From an uncultured Chloroflexia bacterium (GTDB lineage: Bacteria; Chloroflexota; Limnocylindria; Limnocylindrales; CSP1-4), in contig CAVVDB010000003.1 of the NCBI GenBank assembly GCA_963746865.1, positions 513,718-577,717 of the forward strand: a stretch of 64,000 nucleotides of DNA, written 5' to 3'. Below, piece after piece: positions 58,873 to 64,000 of the stretch; the first letter of the stretch is position 1, and each line of letters begins with the position of its first letter. The notes below the pieces were generated by a model. The model did no database searches. It had not been told where the DNA came from and was given only the letters and a program-made list of their open reading frames with translations. The position numbers were made by a program, and so were the translations under genes.

Positions 58873-60570
58873 GCGCGGGACGACTCCTCGAGCTGACGGT
58901 CGGCGACCTGGCCCTCATCGATCGCCTGCGCCTCACGTTCTCGCCGGGCCTCAATGTGGTCAGCGGTGAGACCGGCGCCGGCAAGAGCCTGCTGATCGAT
59001 GCCCTCGGGCTCGTTCGCGGCGAGCGGGCCGACACGACCCTCGTCCGCCACGGGGCGGAGTCGGCGCGCGTGGAGGCGCTGTTCGACCGGCTCCCGGAGC
59101 CGCTCATCGCCGTTCGCGAGGTGAGCACGGGCGGCCGCTCCACCGCGCGGCTCGACGACCTGGCCACGACCGCCTCGCGCCTCGCCGACGAGGTCGGGCC
59201 GCTCATCGAGATCCACGGTCAGCACGACCAGCAACGGCTCCTCGACGAGCGCTGGCAGCGCGATCTTCTCGACGCGTTCGGTGGACTCGGGGAGGCCCGT
59301 GACGCCACGGCCGGCGCGGTCGAACGATGGCGCGCCAACCGCGCCGCCCTGGCCGAGCTGGCCATCGACCCGCGCGAGCTGGCCCGCCGGGTCGACCTCC
59401 TGGAGCACGAGGCGGACGAGATCGCGGCGGCGAACCTCCGACCGGGCGAGGCCGACGGGATCCGGGCCCGACTGTCGGCCGCGCAGCATGGCGAGGCGAT
59501 CGCCCGGGGAGCGGCCGCGGTCCGCGACGCCCTGACCGCCGACGGCGCCGGCGCCCGCGATTCCGCGGCGGTCGCCGTCCGCGAGGCGCGCGGCCTGTCG
59601 CGCCTCGACCCACGGTTCGACGCCCTCGCTGACCGCCTCGCGGGCCTGGAAGCGGAACTCGAGGACGTCGCGGCCGAGATCCGCGGCCTCGCCGACGAGA
59701 TCGAGCACGACCCGGCCACCCTGGCCGCCCTGGAGGAGCGGCTCGGCACGATCTACGCCCTCGAGCGCCGCTATGGCGACGGCGAGGCCGAGGTGATCGC
59801 CCACGGCGAACGTGCCGACGGCGGAACTGGAGCGGCTCCGCGGCCTCGACCAGGAACGCGCCCGGCGGGAGGGCGAGGACGCGGCCCTGCTGGCCGAGGT
59901 CGCAACGCTGGCCGGCGCGCTGTCCGGCGGTCGCCGTGCCGCGGGCGATGCCCTGGCGACCGCGGTCGGCGAGGTCCTCGAGGAACTCGGGTTCGGCCCG
60001 GATGTCTTCGAGGTGAGCCTCGGCCGACGGGCCGCGGGCGACGACGAACCGGCGATCGAGCTCGACGGTGACGCGGTGGCCTTCGACGCGAGCGGGGTCG
60101 ACCAGGTCGTCTATCGCCTCGCCCCGAACGCCGGTGAGCCGCCCCGGGCCCTGGCACGGATCGCGTCGGGCGGCGAACTGTCGCGCGTCGCACTGGCCAT
60201 CAAGGTCGTCCTGGCCGAGGCCGACGAGACCCCGGTCCTGGTCTTCGACGAGGTCGATACCGGGATCGGCGGTCGGAGCGCGGACCCGGTCGGTCGCAGC
60301 CTGTGGGCCCTCGCACGACGGCACCAGGTCCTGTGCGTCACCCACCTGCCGCAGATCGCGGCCCACGCCGACGCCCACTACCGGATCACCAAGCGCGAAC
60401 GCGACGGCCGGACGGTCACCGAGGTCGAGCAGCTCGATCGCGAGGGGCGGATCGTCGAACTCGCCCAGATGCTCGGGGGCGACGCCGGCGGGGCCGCGAC
60501 GCTCGCGAGCGCCCGTGAGCTCCTGGACCGGGCCGAGGCCTGGCGCGGCAGCGTCGCGCAGGCCGGCTGA
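58869..60570 (+). pseudogene. recN: DNA repair protein RecN; one +1 frame break at about 59817
   Basis: GTG 58869 (GTGA overlap with nadK). Walker A GETGAGKS and a coiled-coil region are in frame 0. Frame 1 (track ORF 59812..60570) carries TAELERLRGL..ASGGELSRVALAIKV..LVFDEVDTGIGG.. Confidence 0.85.
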
Positions 60571-60584
60571 GGCCGGACAGGGCC

Positions 60585-61523
60585 ATGGCGGACCTCGACG
60601 CCACGATCGAGGCGTACCTGACCTACCTGCACGTCGAGCGCGGCCTCGCCCCGGCCACCATCGTCGCCTACCGGGCCGACCTGCACGATTTCGCGGCCTC
60701 GCGCGGGGTGGAGCGCCGATGGGCGATCTCGCCGGACGCCGCCATCGGCTATCTCGCGGCGCGGACCCGGCGAGGCCGGCCCGGCGACCCGGGACTGGCC
60801 CCCAGCAGCCTCCGACGACGGGCCGCGGCCCTCAAGGGCTTCTATCGGTTCACCTACGGCGAGGGATCGATCGCGGTGGACGTGGCGGCCCACCTCGACC
60901 TGCCCAGGCCCGGGCGTCTGCTCCCCGAGACGCTGACGGTGGACGAGACGGACCGACTCCTCCGGGCCGCCGGTGGCGACGACCCCAACGACCCGAACCT
61001 GGCCCATTCGCTCCGGGATCGGGCGCTGCTCGAACTCCTGTACGCCGCCGGGCTGCGGATCTCGGAAGCGGTCGGGCTCGACGGCGACGACCTGTCGGTC
61101 GACGGGGCGTTCGTCCGCGTCATCGGCAAGGGCGACAAGGAACGGCTCGTGCCGGTCGGCGACGTCGCGCTCGACTGGCTCGGCCGCTGGATGGCGGGTC
61201 CGCGTGCCGCGCTCCTCGCCCTCGGGCACGTGGCGCCGGACGGCGCCGGGCCGCTCTTCCTCGGCGACCGCGGACGACGCCTGGCGCGTCAGCAGGCCTG
61301 GGCCGCGGTGAAGCGCGCGGCCGAGCGGGCCGGCCTCGGCGGGCGGGTGAGTCCCCATACCCTCCGCCACTCGTTCGCGACGCATCTCCTCGAGGGTGGC
61401 GCCGACCTGCGCATCGTCCAGGAGTTGCTCGGGCATGCGAGTATCTCAACCACGCAGCTGTACACGCATCTGACCGGCGAACGGATCCGGGATGTCTACA
61501 GTCGGGCCCATCCGAGGGCCTGA
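60585..61523 (+). CDS. xerD: Tyrosine recombinase XerD
   Basis: 312 aa and intact. [40 protein letters not shown] and [16 protein letters not shown] include the catalytic R..H-R-H..Y set. Confidence 0.9.
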   Translation: MADLDATIEAYLTYLHVERGLAPATIVAYRADLHDFAASRGVERRWAISPDAAIGYLAARTRRGRPGDPGLAPSSLRRRAAALKGFYRFTYGEGSIAVDVAAHLDLPRPGRLLPETLTVDETDRLLRAAGGDDPNDPNLAHSLRDRALLELLYAAGLRISEAVGLDGDDLSVDGAFVRVIGKGDKERLVPVGDVALDWLGRWMAGPRAALLALGHVAPDGAGPLFLGDRGRRLARQQAWAAVKRAAERAGLGGRVSPHTLRHSFATHLLEGGADLRIVQELLGHASISTTQLYTHLTGERIRDVYSRAHPRA

Positions 61524-61541
61524 GAGGGAGGCACGCGCCAC

Positions 61542-62258
61542 ATGAGCTACGCCGATGGGTTGCTGTCGACGGGTGAGCAGATCATCTACCGCAACAAGCA
61601 GCATCCATTCATCTTCGTCTGGGGCGCTCGCTGGACGATCCTCGCCGTCGTCATCGCGATCGTCTTCTTCTGGTTCGGCGGCCAGCTTGACCCGCAGGGC
61701 ATCACCGGCACCCTCCGCCAGGTCCTCGGCTGGATCACCGCGATCCTGTTCTTCGGCGGCATCGCCGTCTTCATCTGGACGGCGTTGCGCTACATCAACC
61801 AGGAATACGCCTTGACGAACCGGCGCGTCATCCAGGTCGAGGGCGTGCTCAATCGGAGCGCCACCGACAGCTCGCTCGAGAAGATCAACGACGCCGTGCT
61901 CAGCCAGTCGATCTTCGGGCGGATGTTCGACTTCGGCGACCTGACCGTCCTGACCGCCTCGGAGAGCGGGATCGAGCGGATGCGGATGCTGCGCAGCCCG
62001 GTCGAGTTCAAGAAGAAGATGCTCGACGCCAAGCACGAGTACGAGGTCGCGATGGAGCGCGAGGGGATGGCCCCGAGCCCGCCGATCCGGGAGGGCTCGC
62101 CCGCGCCCGTCCCGATGGCCGCCGCCGCGGCCCCGGCGACGTCCGACCCCGACGACGTCACCAAGGCCCTGGCGAGCCTCGCCGACCTGCGCGATCGCGG
62201 GGCGATCTCGGCCGCGGAATACGACGCAAAGAAGGCGGAACTGCTCGACCGGCTGTAG
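61542..62258 (+). CDS. Membrane bPH (YdbS/YdbT-like, DUF304) domain protein with a C-terminal SHOCT domain
   Basis: SD GAGGGAGG. Two TM helices, then YALTNRRVIQVEG..GDLTV (bacterial PH-like). The C-terminus LADLRDRGAISAAEYDAKKAELLDRL is SHOCT-like. Confidence 0.7.
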   Translation: MSYADGLLSTGEQIIYRNKQHPFIFVWGARWTILAVVIAIVFFWFGGQLDPQGITGTLRQVLGWITAILFFGGIAVFIWTALRYINQEYALTNRRVIQVEGVLNRSATDSSLEKINDAVLSQSIFGRMFDFGDLTVLTASESGIERMRMLRSPVEFKKKMLDAKHEYEVAMEREGMAPSPPIREGSPAPVPMAAAAAPATSDPDDVTKALASLADLRDRGAISAAEYDAKKAELLDRL

Positions 62259-62297
62259 GCGGCTACCATACGAGCGACCCCCTGCTAGAGGAATCGC

Positions 62298-62951
62298 GTG
62301 GATCAGCAGCTGCTGTCGACCCTCATCGTCATCGCCATCATGTTGCTGGTGGGATTCCCGGTCCACGAATTCGCTCACGCGCTGGCGGCCTATCGCCTTG
62401 GCGACGGGACCGCCAAGCTGTTCGGCCGGCTCACGCTCAACCCGATCGTCCACTTCGACCCGATCGGCGGGACCATGCTGGTGCTGACGATGCTCGTCTC
62501 CAAGGGCGCGTTCGGGTTCGGGATGGCGAAACCGACCCCGGTGAACCCGATGAACCTGGACGGGGGCCGTCGCGGCGAAGCGATCGTGGCCGCTGCTGGA
62601 CCGCTGTCCAATCTCGCGCTCGCGGCGGCTGCGGCGATCCCGCTGCGCTACCTCCTTGCGACTGAAACGCTCGACCTCCCGCTGCTGATCCAGGTTCTCG
62701 CGATGTTCATCCAGATCAACCTGCTGCTGATGGTCTTCAACCTGATCCCGATCCCGCCGCTCGACGGATCCAAGGTGATGTTCGCGTTCATGGATCGCCG
62801 GACCGAATACCAGATCCGCCCGGTCCTCGAGCAGTACGGGCTCTTCATCCTCATCTTCCTGATCCTGCCGATCCTGCCCGGTGGATCGGTCCTTGGGCAG
62901 GTCGTGTCACCGATCATCGATGGGATCTTCGGCGTCCTGGTGGGGGTCTAG
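62298..62951 (+). CDS. Site-2 protease family (peptidase M50) membrane metalloprotease
   Basis: HEFAH zinc motif in TM1, a NLIPIPPLDG second motif and multiple TM helices. Confidence 0.8.
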   Translation: MDQQLLSTLIVIAIMLLVGFPVHEFAHALAAYRLGDGTAKLFGRLTLNPIVHFDPIGGTMLVLTMLVSKGAFGFGMAKPTPVNPMNLDGGRRGEAIVAAAGPLSNLALAAAAAIPLRYLLATETLDLPLLIQVLAMFIQINLLLMVFNLIPIPPLDGSKVMFAFMDRRTEYQIRPVLEQYGLFILIFLILPILPGGSVLGQVVSPIIDGIFGVLVGV

Positions 62952-63420
62952 GACCCGCCAGTTCCGCGCGCACCTGCGGGCGAGCGTGACGCCCGGGGAG
63001 CGAGCGGCGCTGGTGGCCTGGACCAGCCCTGCGCAGCGCACCATGTTCGACGTCATGCACGTCGCGGATCGCCGTCATGGTCTGGACGTGGTCGTCTCGC
63101 TTCGAACGGACCGCGTCTCGGACCCCGACGTCCTTATCGCCGGACTCCTTCACGACGCCGGCAAGGGTCAGACGGGCGTGTGGCCACGGGTGGCCTACTC
63201 GCTCGGCGAGCGGTACGGCCCCTGGGTCTGGCGAGCCGCCGCCATCGTGCCCGGGTACGGCTCGGCCCTGGAACGACTGCACCGCCACGCGGAGCGCTCG
63301 GCGGTCCTGGCCGAGGCGGCCGGCTGTTCGGCCCGCACGGTCGAGCTGATCCGGAACCAGGACGCCCCGACCGATCCCGAGTTCGGCGAGATCCTTCGCC
63401 TCGCGGACGAGGCCAACTGA
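62920..63420 (+). CDS. HD-domain metal-dependent phosphohydrolase-like protein
   Basis: MHVADRRHGLDV and LLHDAGK motifs. The start is uncertain (ATG 62920 overlapping the M50 gene, GTG 62881 or GTG 62986). Confidence 0.6.
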   Translation: MGSSASWWGSRTRQFRAHLRASVTPGERAALVAWTSPAQRTMFDVMHVADRRHGLDVVVSLRTDRVSDPDVLIAGLLHDAGKGQTGVWPRVAYSLGERYGPWVWRAAAIVPGYGSALERLHRHAERSAVLAEAAGCSARTVELIRNQDAPTDPEFGEILRLADEAN

Positions 63421-64000
63421 TGGCCGGCGGATCGCCCGGGATCCCGGTCATGGCGCCGGTGGCGGTCGGCCCCGGGCGGCCCTCGACCACGGCCGTCACG
63501 TTCGGCGAGGGTCGTCGGCCGGAGAGCCGGACGCAGGTCCAGATCGCCGAGTTCGACGGGCCACTCGCTCTCCTGCTGTCCCTCATAGAAGCGCGCCAGC
63601 TGGACGTCCTGACCGTTCCGCTCGGCGCCCTCGCGGACGCGTATCTCGATGCCCTCGGCCGGCTCGAGGCCGACCGCCTCGGCAACGTCAGTTCGTTCGT
63701 CGCCATCGCCAGCCAGCTGATCCTGATCAAGAGCCGAGCGATGCTGCCGCGGCACCCGGATCCCGCCGATCCGTCGGCGCTCCCCGACGAGGGGACCGAC
63801 CCCGAGGCCGAGCTGCGGGCGCGACTCCTCGTCTACCGTGCGCATCGCGACGCGGGCCTCCGCCTCGCCGAGGAGGCGATCCGCCGGGTCGGGCTCTTCA
63901 GGCGGGAACCCGGGGCTGCCCACGCCGCGGCGCTGGCGGGCGCCCGACCGGCCGACGCACCGACCCTCGATCCGCTCCGGCTCGTCCGCGCCCTCGACCG
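63420..64000 (+). CDS. scpA: Segregation and condensation protein A; the 3' end lies outside the window
   Basis: ATG 63420 (TGATG overlap). The frame stays open to the window end. FDGPLALLLSLIEARQLDVLTVPLGALADAYL..FVAIASQLILIKSRAMLP is the ScpA signature. It is not in the ORF track because no stop is reached. Confidence 0.8.
   Translation, partial: MAGGSPGIPVMAPVAVGPGRPSTTAVTFGEGRRPESRTQVQIAEFDGPLALLLSLIEARQLDVLTVPLGALADAYLDALGRLEADRLGNVSSFVAIASQLILIKSRAMLPRHPDPADPSALPDEGTDPEAELRARLLVYRAHRDAGLRLAEEAIRRVGLFRREPGAAHAAALAGARPADAPTLDPLRLVRALD

Noticed and set aside
515-60570. Programmed +1 ribosomal frameshifting or some exotic decoding as the cause of the frame breaks
   Set aside because: There is no shared slippery heptamer, no in-frame rare or stop codon, and no upstream SD-like stimulator (as in prfB) at the sites. 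Contexts differ from site to site, and the breaks cluster in patches and hit both strands. Insertion errors explain everything more simply. I flagged the pattern for verification rather than claiming a mechanism.
13905-61523. Two tyrosine recombinases (xerC-like, xerD) as possible markers of an integrated mobile element
   Set aside because: Both have Xer-type motifs and sit in housekeeping operons (topA-xerC-murJ and recN-xerD). I saw no flanking direct repeats, tRNA target, phage or conjugation genes, or compositional shift.

Overview
This is a high-GC (roughly 70%) bacterial chromosomal segment carrying about 60 tightly packed genes, almost all housekeeping. They cover replication and repair (topA, xerC, xerD, recN, xseAB, dprA, comM, ruvX, scpA), translation (hisS, aspS, alaS, efp, typA, mnmA, tlyA), cell envelope (murJ, two FemAB-like genes, murE, mltG, an FtsA-like gene), the stringent response (rel), isoprenoid synthesis (dxs), aromatic amino-acid genes (trpB2, tyrA), an iscS-type desulfurase, an ABC-2 exporter and one Phd/YefM-PIN toxin-antitoxin pair. 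Local gene orders (tlyA-nadK-recN, xerD then scpA, alaS-ruvX-mltG, pepP-efp, comM-dprA) resemble Actinomycetota-type core synteny; that is inference only. I saw no rRNA, tRNA, CRISPR array, transposase or phage genes. Many neighbouring genes overlap by 1-4 nt (GTGA, ATGA, TGATG). The dominant anomaly is about 30 places where the family-conserved protein sequence continues in the +1 frame, including in essential genes (murE, aspS, murJ, topA). As a result the ORF track splits some genes and fuses others, for example the 2018-aa ORF at 11478..17534. Insertion-type assembly errors are the most parsimonious explanation, but this needs read-level checking. I did not find a convincing new multi-gene system. 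The best follow-ups are the frameshift pattern, the FtsA-like/membrane-protein pair, the Arg-type EF-P and a few regulatory palindromes.
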